64,000 nucleotides of DNA, taken from Octopus vulgaris. Taxonomy: Eukaryota. Where the stretch lies: NCBI GenBank assembly GCA_951406725.2, contig OX597826.1, forward strand, positions 64,728,001 through 64,792,000. The letters run 5' to 3'. The notes under the pieces are model-generated. The model saw only the letters and a program-made list of their open reading frames with translations. It was not told the origin of the DNA and made no database searches. Position 1 is the stretch's first letter. Every line of letters begins with the position of its first letter. The translations under genes were made by a program, and so were the position numbers. Positions 25,913 through 39,502 of this stretch are shown one piece after another.

Positions 25913-27228
25913 TGGCGGGCTTCCACACAGTTTCTGTATGGAAGCTCACAAGGCATTAATCAGTCTAGGGCTATCGTAGAAAAGAACTTACCCAAGGTGG
26001 TGGGTGCAATGGGACTGCATCCGGAACCATGGGGATTGCGAAATAAACATCACACACCGTATCTGCCAGTCCCTTACACCGACATCCAGCCAGAAAAAAA
26101 TTATTTCCAATGCTTTCTGCCCGATGAGTGTTAAGTTACCTTTCATCTATATCCTGCTATGAGTCAAATAACTGAGTGAAAAAGAAGGGCAAGTTCAGAG
26201 TAAAGGATTGGCGATAGGATATTTGAATTGCATTGTCTAAACAAAACAAATAACCGATTTCCTTGCGTCAGCAACGGAGAAATGTGAGGCAATGAGTTTC
26301 AGAAGTTGCTTTATTTGGGCAATTTTTTTTACAGATGACAGCCAAGTTCTCCCTGCAGACCATCACGTAAGACGCTGTGTAAAATGTGAGAATGTATATG
26401 CGTGTGTGAATGCGTGCGGGGTGTGTGTGAGAGTGTGTGTGTATATGTGTGTGCATGTATGTGTGTGTGTGTGTGCGTGCGTGCGTGTGTGTGTGTGTGT
26501 GTGTGCGCGTATGTGTATATGTGTGTGTGTGTGTGTGCATACGGGTGCATGTATGCGTGTGTGCGCGTGATTCACACTCCTATTTCTGTGTGTGCGTGTG
26601 AGCGCATGTATATATGTGTATGCTTACTTGTGTGTGTATGCGTGTGTGCTTGTGCGTGCGTCTGTAAGCGTTTAAATGTGTGTGTGTGTATGAGTGTACG
26701 TGTGTGAGTAGGTATGGATGGGTGCATGTGAATGCGTGTGTCTGTGTATTTGTGCGTGTATGTATGTGCATGTGAACGTGTGTACGCGCGCGTGTATATG
26801 TGTGGGCATGTCTTGCTGATGTTGTTTCTTCCTTCTTTAACCCCAGGTCAGCTCAAAGCAGACTCTAAACAGACCTACAAAGACATTTCATTCTTGACCA
26901 CATCACTATTCTTTTACATCCAAGACTACGTTATCCAACATGTACTTTCTATTTCTAGCAGGCCTCGTTGATGAGCTTCTCTCTTAGTCTCTGTGTGTGA
27001 GGAGGGATGAGTGGAGGGGTGAAATTTGCATGTCAGTGTGAGGATTATCATCATCATCCGGTCATGCTTATTGCACGGATTGCTCTGACTCGTTCTCTCT
27101 AGTCTGTTCGGCTCTCCATTGCACGTGATTGTTCTTCTAAGGTTCGCTGAAAATCCACGCACAGTTCCTTATATAGGTTTGAACATTAATCGGTCTAGGG
27201 CTATCGTAGAAAACAACTTACCCAAGAT

Positions 27229-27365
27229 TCGATGAGGTCTACCAGCATTTTTGTGCCCATGCTTCGGTTCCCACAGAAGAACGTCGCCGGTGATCTCATC
27301 CTTTGCTCTTTAGCAAAGACCAACGAATCTTGTTCTATTTCTATGAGGATATCTACTCTTCCATT
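27229..27365 (-). mobile_element. Decayed RTE-like LINE fragment
   Basis: Minus strand RTRFVGLC / RAKDEITGDVLLWEPKHGH...GRP, similar to RRVQFAGHCCRAEKEVISTLLLWKP at 49349-49696. Confidence 0.55.
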
Positions 27366-28409
27366 TTTGACCTCACATATTTTGACTTAACTTTTTTTTT
27401 AATGAACCAAATTTCAACTATTTTATCTCAAAATGTAGCTTAGGACCGGACCATTATTGCTTTTAAAAATGCATTTAATTTGATTGATTGAGAACTGAAT
27501 TAGTGATGAAGCCTAGATGTGCTTGCGAGTGACTAAAAGTTGAACTTTAGAATATTTTCACCTACTGCCGAGGGTGAATAATAAAATTGTGACAATCGCC
27601 AGCCAGTTAATTACATATTCTCGATAGTCCGAATCAGCGATCTGATTTAGATTGCAAGTCATTTGAAAGGCATTTCCTCATTGCCACTTGTTTTTGATAA
27701 CATTGGTACAAGGTTTTACTGAGGAAAATTAAAACAAGTATGAATGACAAGTCAGAAGTGATGTCTTTATTTATAAAGGCCGAAGTATTTCGCTAAAATA
27801 CTTATACTTTTAGCTTCCATTAACGGGACGTCGATGAAAATACTTCCTATACCCATGGTGAGAATTCTGGTAACTTTCTCAATTTCTAGCAGAATTTCCT
27901 GAAACATAACCACATTATTTAAACGAGGCGTGAGGCGTGAACTAACGAAATCGTTAGAAAGCCGGGGAAATGTTTTTCAGTTAATGTTCCTACTCTTTAC
28001 GTTTAGAGTTTAAATCGCGCCGAGGTCAACTTTGGCTCATCCCACGAGGGTCCACAAATAAAGTACCAGTCAAGTATTGAGGTCTACACATCGACTACTC
28101 TCCCTCAAAATGATTGGCCTTGCCCCTAAATCAGACACCATTATCTGTACTAAGTTACGTCGATGTACCACATACAGAAGAACAGAAGAAAAAACACAAA
28201 TTCACTATGCTTGAATCACCGACCATTATACTAGAATCAGAAGCGTTTCAGCCATGACCATCCCATTTATACTGTGTATCCAAAAGTAAATTTTCCCCAT
28301 TAACTGTTATCTTATTTTCTTTAAGACAAAAGTATGTAATTTATTTGCGTGATTTATAGGAGATTTGGTTGTTATTTCCAGCACATTTCGTTCTCTTGTA
28401 TTGCGGTAT

Positions 28410-28823
28410 CTTTCTTTTCTTTTTCTTTTACTTGTTTCAGTCATTTGACTGCGGCCATGCTGGAGCACCGCCTTTAGTCGAGCAAATCGACCCCGGAACT
28501 TATTCTTTGTAAGCCCAGTACTTATTCTATCGGTCTCTTTTTGCCGAACCGCTAAGTGACGGGGACGTAAACACACCAGCATCGGTTGTCAAGCAATGCT
28601 AGGGGGACAAACACAGGCACACAAACATACACACATACATATATATATATATACATATATACGACAGGCTTCTTTCAGTTTCCGTCTACCAAATCCACTC
28701 ACAAGGCATTGGTCGGCCCGAGGCTATAGTAGAAGACACTTGCCCAAGATGCCACGCAGTGGCACTGAACCCGGAACCATGTGGTTGGTTAGCAAGCTAC
28801 TTACCACACAGCCACTCCTGCGC
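28410..28823 (-). mobile_element. SINE family A
   Basis: Full-length copy. Confidence 0.92.
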
Positions 28824-29584
28824 TTCCAGAAGGTTCCAGTTTGGGAGATTGACACGAATGGTTGAAACACATAGGAATGGTGTCTGGATGGCTGATGGAT
28901 AAAATAAATAAATTTGGATAGCAACAAGCAAGAACTATGGTTTTAGTAAGAGTGAGAAAGACTGGATCCAGTGCTGGAGATGTTATATGTTCACTCATCG
29001 TAACAACCGACGAAGATTCATTTAATCTTGTGTTGGCTAATGAAACCAAACCAATTATTCCGATGACACTTTTATATGTTTTAAATAGGATCTAACAATA
29101 TCTGTTAATGGAGCAGCAATGGTAAATGGTGAGTTAAAATTCTAGACACCCTCCTCTTTATATATCATAAAAAAATATTTCGTTAAAATATTTTTATACT
29201 CTGATACCTCTTAATTCTCCCCTTGTCATCTCTACGGGTATGGATACTTAATCCAAGTTTGTTCGTTCAGCTCTACTAGTCATACAAGCTACCTGCTCGG
29301 TATCACTTCACCTCCTTCCGTTCAACTTTGAGTAAAAAAAAACACTTCAGGAACAATCCCCGCCTTAAAAAGGTTTTCTGGTCTAAAAAACCCGCTTATT
29401 TCCTTTAATTAAAGAAAATTAAATTACATAAATATGGGCGCAGTGGGGATTGTGTGTGTGTGTGTGTCTGTGTGTGTGCGTGTGTGTGTGTCTGTATGTG
29501 TGAGTGTGTATGCATATATGAGTGTATCTGTATGTGATTGTGTGTGTGTGTGTGTGTATAGATACACAATACACACACATGTAG

Positions 29585-29644
<60 letters not shown>

Positions 29645-29680
29645 TTATATACTTATAGGTATACATGTGTATGTATATAT

Positions 29681-29900
29681 ATACTTTATTTAAAGCAGCA
29701 GAAAATTCTACAAAACCTGTTACTCTGAGTTTCCCGTTACAGTTTTTGCTAGCAAAAACTGTCCGATGAACGGCAACGGGAAACTCAGAGTAACAGATTT
29801 TGTTGAATTTTCTGCTGCTTTAAATAAAGCATATTACTCTACCACTGGTATTTGAGTACTCTTTTTTCCAACTTGTTTCACATTTATGTGTTTACTCCGG
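29681..29900 (+). mobile_element. (TA)n-embedded fold-back element with hammerhead motif and about 70-bp unpaired tail
   Basis: Symmetry centre TGCT|AGCA (29750/29751); the left arm lacks 12 nt of the ribozyme core. Confidence 0.85.
29759..29796 (+). ncRNA. Minimal type-I hammerhead ribozyme variant
   Basis: CUGU-CCGAUGA-A-CG-GCAA-CG-G-GAAA-CUCAGAG-U-A-ACAG: stem I CUGU/ACAG, GNRA-capped stem II, near-palindromic stem III; U4C deviation. Confidence 0.6.
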
Positions 29901-29916
29901 TATATATATATATATG

Positions 29917-30270
29917 CTACTTCCCAACCACATGGTACTGCGTGGCACCTTGGGCAAGTGTCTTCTAATATAGCCTCGAGCCGACCAAAGCCTTGTGAAT
30001 GGATCTGGTAGACGGAAACTGAAAGAAGCCCGTCGTATATGTATATATCTATGTGTGTATCTGTATTTGTACCTCCCCCATCACCGCTTGACAATTGACG
30101 TTGGTATGTTTACGTCCCCGTAACTTACCGGTTCAGCAAAAGGATCTGATAGATTAAGGACTAGGCTTAAAAAATAAGTCCTGGGTTCGATTTCTTCGAC
30201 TGAAATCCTACAAGGCGGTGCTCCAGCATGGCTGCAGTGAAATGATTGAAACAATAAAAGAATAAAAGAA
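29917..30270 (+). mobile_element. SINE family A (5' truncated)
   Basis: Body and tail match other copies. Confidence 0.85.
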
Positions 30271-30277
30271 TATATAC

Positions 30278-30329
<52 letters not shown>

Positions 30330-30993
30330 ATGTTTATGTATATTTATAAATATATATATGTACATATATATACATTTATGCGTTTATATAAATATATATA
30401 TATATACGCACATATGCATAAATGATATATATACATATGTATGTGTGTATGTATATATTTATATAATATTCATGTGTGTATATATGTATATATGTATGTA
30501 TGTGTGTATGTATATGCAATCACACACACACACGCGCACATATATACGTGCATACAGTCATATGTATCCAGACACGCATATATACAAATGTAAACTTAAT
30601 AGCTGGGATTTACATATAAATCATAAAGCAGCTAAAGACATTAATCTAGGATTTCCGGCCCACCCATGCACCAATCAGAAACTGCCACCTAAGTAAGATC
30701 AGGGCACTGATCTTACTGCCAACTTTCGCTCCGATGTCATAGTCTGTAAACAGGGCTTTCCTGAAATATTCGTCTGTATCCCCCAGCCTCAATCGAGCAT
30801 CGAAGAATCACAGAATGTCCGGAGAGGATTGTTTGCTTAGATCCACAGTATCCCAAAAATTCCTGCAGAGCAAAATTAAAACAAACTTCTAAACACCCCG
30901 GCGGTTACATGGCGAAAAGAATAGACATCACTAGCGACGGACGCTACCAGTCACGTGATCGATCAAAAGTCGCATCATTCCAAAAGTCAGACG

Positions 30994-31780
30994 CAGCGCT
31001 GGATTAAGCAATAAGCAAGATAAGCCCCTGCTTAGGGTATCAAGGGAAGTAGGGACACTAAAGAAATCGTAAATAGCTTACTGCAAAAAGAAATCACTTT
31101 AACCTTGCTAAAATAATATTCGAAGTGGTTTATATGACCGGAAATATAATTTCGAAATGTTCATAATGTCAAGGACTTCGCAATTAAGAAAAAAAAAGAA
31201 TACTTTTCAGCTATAAATATAGTGGAATATACAAAACTAAACATGGTTTTCCATCTAAGTTTTAGTTTTGTTTCATTTAGAAACATGAAATTTTATTTTA
31301 TAGCTTATTATTGTTTATATCTTGAATTACTATAGGCGCAGGAGTGGCTGTGTGGTAAGTAGCTTGCTTATCAACCACATGGTTCCGGGTTCAGTCCCAC
31401 TGCGTGGCATCTTGGGCAAGTGTCTTCTACTATAGCCTCGGGCCGACCAAAGCCTTGTGAGTGGATTTGGTAGACGGAAACTGAAAGAAGCCCATCGTAT
31501 TTATGTATATGTATGTGTGTGTGTGTATATTTGTGTGACTTTGTCACCCAACATCACTTGACAACCGATGGTGGTGTGTTTACGTTCCCGTAACTTAGCG
31601 GTTCGGCAAAAGAGACCGATGGAATAAGTACTAAGCTTCCAAAGAATAAGTCCTGGGATCGATTTGCTCGACTAAATGCGGTGTGACTGAAACAGGTAAA
31701 AGAGTAAAAGAGTACTTATATATGGGGGCACCAAAATCTTTTAAGTGCTTAGAGCTTCTATGACTCTTAATGCGACCTTG
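30994..31780. mobile_element. hAT-like MITE (copy 2), interrupted by SINE A
   Basis: Ends CAGCGCTGGATTAAG / CTTAATGCGACCTTG; homologous to 856-1690. Confidence 0.6.
31335..31713 (+). mobile_element. SINE family A, full length
   Basis: GGCGCAGGAGTGGCTGTGTGGTAAG head to (GTAAAAGA)n tail. Confidence 0.92.
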
Positions 31781-32020
31781 GTCACACGGACTACTACGAG
31801 ATTAACTATAAAACAGAACCACGTAATTATACCAGACAATTAAGAGCGGACGTCATCGACAATACTGTCGCCCGCATGGTCAATCGCCTTTCTTAATAAC
31901 ATCTGATTAAAAGACGGTTTACCATTCCATTTTCGTAATTTCACACTCGCTTAGTTTCTAACAACAACCGTTCTACGAAACATTCAGGTACTAGGAAATA
32001 ACCCTGCTTACCAACAGGCA

Positions 32021-32101
<81 letters not shown>

Positions 32102-32181
32102 GTGCGCGTGCGTGTGTGTGTGTGTGTGTATCTATCTGTCTGTCTGAATGTTTTTGTGTGTTCGTGTATCTGAGTGTGTTT

Positions 32182-32600
32182 GTTATTTCTTTATTGCCCA
32201 CAAGGAGCTAAACACAGAGGGGACAAACAAGGACAGAAAAACGGATTCAGTGGGTTATATCGATCCCAGTGTGTAACTGGTACTTATTTAATCGACCCCC
32301 GAAAGGATGAAAGGCAAAGTCGACCTCGGCGAAATTTGAACTCAGAACGTAACGGCAGACGAAATACCTATGTCTTTACTACCCACAAGGGGCTACACAC
32401 AGAGGGGACAAACAAGGACAGACAAACGGGTTAAGTCGATTATATCGACCCCAGTGCGTAACTGGTACTTAATTTACCGACCCCGAAAGGATGAAAGGCA
32501 AAGTCGACCTCGGCGGAATTTGAACTCAGAACGTAGCGGCAGACGAAATACTGCTAAGCCTTTCCCCCGGCGTGCTAACGATTCTTCAAGCTCGCCGCCT
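32182..32600 (-). mobile_element. SINE family C tandem dimer
   Basis: Junction GAAATACCTA at 32361-32370. Confidence 0.88.
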
Positions 32601-33134
32601 TATCTGAGTGTGTTTGTGTGTATGTATATGTGTGCATGCTTGTGTTTGTGTATGCGCCTGTGTGTGTGTCTGTGTGCGTCTGTATGTTTGTGTGCACGCG
32701 TGAGTCTTGTGTGTGTTTGTATGTCTGTATGTATGTGTGCGTGCGCCCGTGCGTGTGTGAGAGAGAGGTGTGTACAAGCGCTCGCACACATATGCAAAGA
32801 AGTCTCGGTTTAATGGCCTAATATTGCATTGTAAGTAATTTATGTCAAATCCTTTAAAATCCAAATTAATCTCAATGTTATACAAACAAATTCTTGCAAC
32901 CATTTGACAAATTCGTAGTCTTATCTCCTTCCTTACATCTGCATAGTTAAAAAGTGCAGACTTGATGTTGTAGAGTTGTAGATTCTGGAAGGTTCTTCCT
33001 CCTATCTTCTACAGCTTTCGTTATCCTCCAACACAACCATTAATTCTCCCAAAACATTCTTACTATAAAGCGTCTGAGAGATTACCTATTTTCTTTGGTC
33101 TATTGACTAAGAAGCTGGCGATGCGTTTAACTTT

Positions 33135-33379
33135 TATCGTTTACCTCCAACTTGTTTCAGTCATTACACTGCGGCCATACTGGAACACCAACTTGAAGTG
33201 TTCTAGTTAAATGAATTGATCCTAGCACTTGTGTGTGTGTGTGTGTGTGTTTTCTTTTTTTAAGTCTGGCATTTATTCTATCGGTCTCTTTTGTCAAACT
33301 GCTAAGTTACGAGGATGTACACACCATTACACAAACTGTCAAGCAGTGGTGGGGACAAACACACATACACACAGATATG

Positions 33380-33441
<62 letters not shown>

Positions 33442-33600
33442 TCTTTCGACGTAATTCTTTCAGTTTCAGTCGACCAAATCCACTCGGAAGGCTTTGGTCG
33501 ACCTGGGGTTGTAGAAGAAAAACACTTGTTCTGGTACTGCGCAGTGTGTGTGAATCTGGAACCATGTGGCTGGGAAGAAAACTTCATACCACACTGCTAG
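33135..33600 (-). mobile_element. SINE family A (old, diverged)
   Basis: CTTGTTTCAGTCATT...ATTCTATCGGTCTCTTTTG...GGAACCATGTGG. Confidence 0.7.
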
Positions 33601-33974
33601 GCCAATTTAGGACGCTAAAAACACCATTTCTACCATTCTTACTAACTCCCCAATATTAGAACAAACAGGGGCCTTGTCAAGAAACATTTGTGCCTTTACG
33701 TTATTAGGAGACTCTAAGACGAGTTGCTGGAAGAATCGTTAGACGTAGGACATGCTTTGCCGTATTTGCTCAGGCTACCTACGTTCTAAGTTCAAACCCC
33801 ACTGCAATCAAATTTACCTTTCATTCCTCCGGGAGCGATAAAATAAAGTACCAGTCAGGTACTTTATTTCACCAATGGTACTGTCTAAGCCGCTCCTTTC
33901 AAAATTGCTGGTTTGTATCTAAATAAGAAACTGTTACTAGGGGAGTCTTCAATTCATCTTTCTGGAAGCGTCAA

Positions 33975-34300
33975 AAGTGGCTGAAAATAAAAGCAATATC
34001 TGAAATAAAGCACATGTTCTTTGAACTGAGATGGTGTATCTAATTGATTCATAATATCTTTAAGTGTACGTAATTTCTTTGGTTTCTCGACTACTACGGA
34101 CTGCTTCAGACGATACAAGCGATCACTATCATTTGTACATAAGGCAGGAATTCGCTCCTTATTTAACTTGCAACCATCGGTGCTACTTCAGTTTTGCAAA
34201 ACTGAAGACCAACAGCTCGACAGACCAAGTCATATTCCCTAGCATTGTAAACCCGCCACAAAATAAGACCCTCAGATTACATAAATTCTTGGCCTAACTT
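33975..34300 (+). pseudogene. Decayed LTR-retrotransposon (Gypsy-like) pol fragment, RT/RNase H connection
   Basis: Across frameshifts: KIKAISEIK...VRNF(F)G / LDYYG...CYFSFAKLK, matching the K(I/V)xAI...(V/L)RxFLG...YY...CxxAFxxLK pattern. Confidence 0.45.
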
Positions 34301-34501
34301 GTTAGATGTTCGCACTTAGAGATTCACCACGTATTCTCCTTCACCATGCCACTCCTTTTTCTAAAACATCACAACCACCTATCACTTGCCCGGGCGTCAA
34401 ATTTCTTGTGTTTTTCCTGAATTCCACATGCAGCCTTCAACTCGAGATTTCGTAAATTAACACCACTAATTCTCTGTCGAACACTTCATTTATATACGGC
34501 T

Positions 34502-34510
34502 TTATTATTA

Positions 34511-34596
<86 letters not shown>

Positions 34597-34597
34597 A

Positions 34598-34653
<56 letters not shown>

Positions 34654-34770
34654 ATCATTATTATTATTTTTATTATTATTATTATTATTTTTTTTAATTA
34701 TTATTATTATTATTTATTATTATTATTATTATTTTTATTATTATTATTATTATTATTATCATTATTATTA

Positions 34771-34850
<80 letters not shown>

Positions 34851-34880
34851 CATTATTATTATTATTATTATTATTATTTT
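34502..34880. repeat. Long (ATT)n microsatellite
   Basis: Direct reading. Confidence 0.95.
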
Positions 34881-35689
34881 ATCTTGCTCAAATTTCATGT
34901 TTTTCTTCTACCCATAATATAGCTACATTTTAAAGGAAACTGTTGCAATTCGGCGTTTGATTTGCGTATATCAAAAAGTGTTTGTTTTTTTATGCCGTAA
35001 ATTTTCTAACACGTGCTACAGAGACGCCTTGTTCTAATTAAGTTTAATTTCTGAGCTACATTTAAATTCACACGCTTCCTGGTAAATCTTCTGTTACATA
35101 ATACCATTTTGCTTTGTAAAGATTACAAATGTTTTAGGAAAATATTGTCATAATTCGAAAATCAAAGAAGTAGGCCGAATATAATGTGACCGCATTAAGT
35201 GCGTATTGAGGTAGAAAGTTTGAGGCAGAATGTTAAAGTTGACTTAGGTGATATCAGTCACATCCAACATATCTTGGACATAACTTTCGGTAGAGCCCAC
35301 ATCATCACATCAATATATAAAATTAAACGTACACAGCAGTTGCTCTGATAAAACCCTGTTAGGGCTCAGTGACTTCCAACAAGGAGCCATGTGCCCATCT
35401 GGGGTTACGTGAAAAAAATTAGGTCATTTGGGACCCACAAAGGTTTCACTTTTGATTGCCAGACTAGCAATCACCTCCCAATAATTCCACTGTGTTATGT
35501 ACAATCTAACTCAGTGGTTCTCCCTCTGGGGATTCATATAAGATTTTGGGGATCCACGAAAAATCGTAATTTGGGGCTCTACGGTAGAATCTTGGGTGTC
35601 CTTTACAAACTTTGCTTTAGACGTATTTATTTCAAGAAACAACTAGGCTTCTTTCTCTAATGTTTTATGTGTCTCCGACTACTGAAATA

Positions 35690-36274
35690 TATTCTTTTCT
35701 ACTCTAGGCACAAGACTCGAAATTTTTGGGGAGGGAGCCAGTTGGTTAGATCGACCCCAGTACGCAACTGGTACTTAATTTATCGACCCCGAAAGGATGA
35801 AAGGCAAAGTCGACCTCGGCGGAAATTGAACTCAGAGCGTAAAGACAGACGAAATACCTATTTCTTTACTACCCACAAGGGGTTAAAGACAGAGGGGGAA
35901 AACAAGGACAGACAAACGGATTAAGTCGATTACATCGATTCCAGTGCGTAACTGGTACTTAATTTATCGACCCCGAAAAGATGAAAGGCAAAGTCGACCT
36001 CGGCGGAAATTGAACTCGGAGCGTAAAGACAGACGAAATACCTATTTCTTTACTACCCACAAGGGGGTAAACACAGAGGGGACAAACAAGGACAGACAAA
36101 TGGATTAAGTCGATTACATCGATTCCAGTGCGTAACTGGTACTTGATTTATCGACCCCGAAAGGATGAACGGCAAAGTCAACCTCGGCGGAATTTGAACT
36201 CAGTACGTAACGGCAGGCGAAATACGGCTACGCATTTTGCCCGGCGTGCTAACGTTTCTGCCAGCTCGCCGCCT
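35690..36274 (-). mobile_element. SINE family C tandem trimer
   Basis: About 184-bp period; junctions GAAATACCTATTTC at 35851 and 36035. Confidence 0.9.
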
Positions 36275-36366
36275 TACTACTGAAATATATTCTCTCGGAG
36301 AATATATTGCAAACCTACACAAGTGAATGTATGAAAAACAAAATAAAAATCTTGAAAAAGGTATTT

Positions 36367-36760
36367 CTCTCTTTCTCTTTTACTTGTTTCAGTCATTTGA
36401 CTGCGGCCATGCTGGAGCACCGCCTTTAGTCGATCAAATCGACCCCGGAACTTATTCTTTGTAAGCCCAGTACTTATTCTATCGGTCTCTTTTGCCGAAC
36501 CACTAAGTGACGGGGACGTAGACACACCAGCATCGGTTGTCAAGCAATGGTAGGGGGACAAACACAGACACACAAACATATATACATATATATACATATA
36601 TACGACAGGCTTCTTTCAGTTTCCGTCTACCAAATCCACTCACAAGGCATTGGTCGGCCCGGGGTTATAGCAGAAGACACTTGCCCAAGATGCCACGCAG
36701 TGGGACTGAACCCGCAACCATGTGGTTGGTTAGCAAGCTACTTACCACACAGCCACTCCT
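36367..36760 (-). mobile_element. SINE family A
   Basis: Full-length copy. Confidence 0.92.
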
Positions 36761-37257
36761 ATTTTTTTTTAACATCGAATAGCTATGGGAGTCCATCAGA
36801 AAAAAAAAATGTAATCAAAGGGTTCCATAGGTAAAATTAAAGATTCAAAACCGCTGATTTAGCTGCTTGAACTGTAGTACAAGACATTCACAGAGAAACG
36901 ATAAACATTTAATTTTTATGAAGATATTTAACAATAAATGAAGAGCAAAGAAAGATAACACCGGATGTAGTGATTCCTCAGTGTTTCAATGATATTATAA
37001 GAATCTGTAATCCAAACATCAATCATGAAAGACACTGCAGAAGTGTCTTTTGTGTATTAACAGAAATTAAGACTGATATAATGGAAATAATATTAGTTTT
37101 GGTTATGATATGGCGGTTTCAGAGGGAAAATAGATCAATGATAAATGGTCGTTTTTCTGTTGTACGTATGCAATTATACACGTGCACACGCATGTATATA
37201 TATCTGTGTTAGAGACAGACAGGCAGGCAGGCAGACAGGCAGACAGACAGGCAGGCA

Positions 37258-37392
<135 letters not shown>

Positions 37393-38889
37393 GCTCGAGG
37401 AAGTGATTTCCTAGTGATGAGAGAAGGCTATATAAGGCGTGAGCGGTCGATTTGACATAATTGCGACTAATGTTAGTATTACGTGACAGGGAAGCAAAAC
37501 CCGATTTACATCACAAATGCATACATATTCGTCACCATGTCGATTATATTAGCTCGTCCTCATTTTTCACCAGCCATTTATCATAACAATACACTGATCC
37601 ACCAATGAAAAGATCAAAAATATAGTCATTAACTAAACCTAAAATATAAATAAATCCGTTAGGCGTAAACAAGGAAATAAGGACTTAAGCCACAGAAACA
37701 CAGCAACCTGGCAAACACTATATGTATCCATCATGAATAATGTTAACAACAACGACGATGGCAGCAACAGCAACAACAACGACCACACCTAATGTCATAA
37801 TAACCTAAAATATAATTTAGCCACTCCAACATCAAACAAACGCCTTTATCAGATTTTTCTCGTAAATCAGCCACAAAAACAAAAATAATAAATTACAGGA
37901 AAAAGGAACCCAGAATGAAAAAACTGCACCTTCCAACTAAGCTATGATTTCATTCCTTCATTTTTACTTTCTTTTAACCCTGTTGATGTTGAAATTCCAG
38001 TGAAAGAGCCTTTGATCTAGGTTAGAAACCGGTTCTTTCTCTATTGGCCAGAAATCTTGAAATAAAACTGAATAATGACATACCTACATACATACACACA
38101 CACATACATACATACATACATACATACATACATACATACATACATACATACATACATACATACATACATACATACGTACGTACGTACGTACGTACATACA
38201 TACATACATACATACATACATACATACATACATACATACATACAAACATACATACATACATACATACATACATACATACATACATACATACATACATACA
38301 TAACAGGACCCTTATAAGTTTATGTTTACTTAAACAGAACTCAAGTTGCCGTTTAATTAATGGTTTTTGACTCGTCTCTAAATTCTCATCACATTCATGG
38401 CGAACTTCTTCGAACTATAAATCATACCCCATTGCTTAGTCCGGCCTGACATGACATTCCACTATTTTTTCTTTCGTATTTTAACAGAACTGTGTTTGTT
38501 TCAAATCTATTCCTTATTTACAGTTTTGAAGCTGATGTTTATAAACGATGGAGAAAAACTAGAATTATGGCGTCGAATGTTTTTTGCTTTTTGGAAGGTC
38601 AGATCTTCATGGCCATAATCCCCAGCAAAATATCTGACGGTTTATCGGTTCAACTACAGATTTTAGTTAGTTTATGGCAGGTAGAGTTTTATCTGTAACT
38701 TTTTAAGACCTTTCTAGAAGATGGGCGATGTGAAGGGAAAGTGAAAAAGTGATGTGTTTAACGATCAGTTTGAAATGTGGGAAAGTAAATGTGAGTGGTA
38801 TGAGATTTCCGTTGGGTATAAGACCTGAGATACAAGGGTTGGAAATAAGAAGTGACATATGATATATGATGTGATACAAATTGAGTTCA

Positions 38890-39071
38890 CGTTCTGGCAC
38901 AAGGCCAGCAATATAGAGGAGGGGCAAGTTGATTAGATCAGCCCGATTGTTCAATTGGCACTTATTTTATCGACCCCGAAAGGATAAATGTGAACTTGAC
39001 CTCGGTGGAACTTGAACTCAGAACGTAAAGACGGACCAAATGCCGCTAAGATTCTGCTAGCTCGCCGCCTT
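38890..39071 (-). mobile_element. SINE family C (diverged)
   Basis: TATCGACCCCGAAAGGAT core and AGCTCGCCGCC head. Confidence 0.75.
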
Positions 39072-39468
39072 GATGTGATATAAATTACGATGGAATTATT
39101 ACGTAACATACAATAACATAAAGAAAAGAAACAAACTGAGTGTATCGAATATGTTACAATGGAAGGGAACGCAAATCCTCAATTCATGTTTCAAATGATC
39201 TCGGTATCTGAGACTATAAAAATCGGCAAGACCTTCCTAAGATTTAAAAATTGATGGTTAAAACAACATGCTTACTTCACAACCTTGCAACCAAGAAGGG
39301 GGTCGGTCAAAATTTATTTTAAATTAAAAAAAGAAAGAGAACATACATACATACATACATACATACATACATACATACATACATACATAAGCACACACAG
39401 ACCCAGAAACATTTACACGGGTGTGTGTGTATGCATATGGCTGTCTCTGTGTATGAGTGTGTGTGTGA

Positions 39469-39502
<34 letters not shown>

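Larger units (their letters stand above)
35512..36856. mobile_element. hAT (Charlie-like) MITE hosting a SINE C trimer and a SINE A
   Basis: CAGTGGTT... / ...AACCGCTG ends; 8-bp flanks ATCTAACT / ATTTAGCT; related to 52330-52588. Confidence 0.55.

Noticed and set aside
28940-29005. KDWIQCWRCYMFTH, PHD-like motif as in pogo-type transposases
   Set aside because: Too short and degenerate, with no supporting DDE domain or TIRs.
30690-30870. Possible minus-strand exon after TTTTGCTCTGCAG acceptor
   Set aside because: All three frames close soon after the acceptor or lack a clear donor; no recognisable protein.
35690-36274. Regularly spaced repeats resembling a CRISPR array
   Set aside because: Whole 184-bp units are repeated with no unique spacers, there are no cas genes, and the context is eukaryotic SINE.
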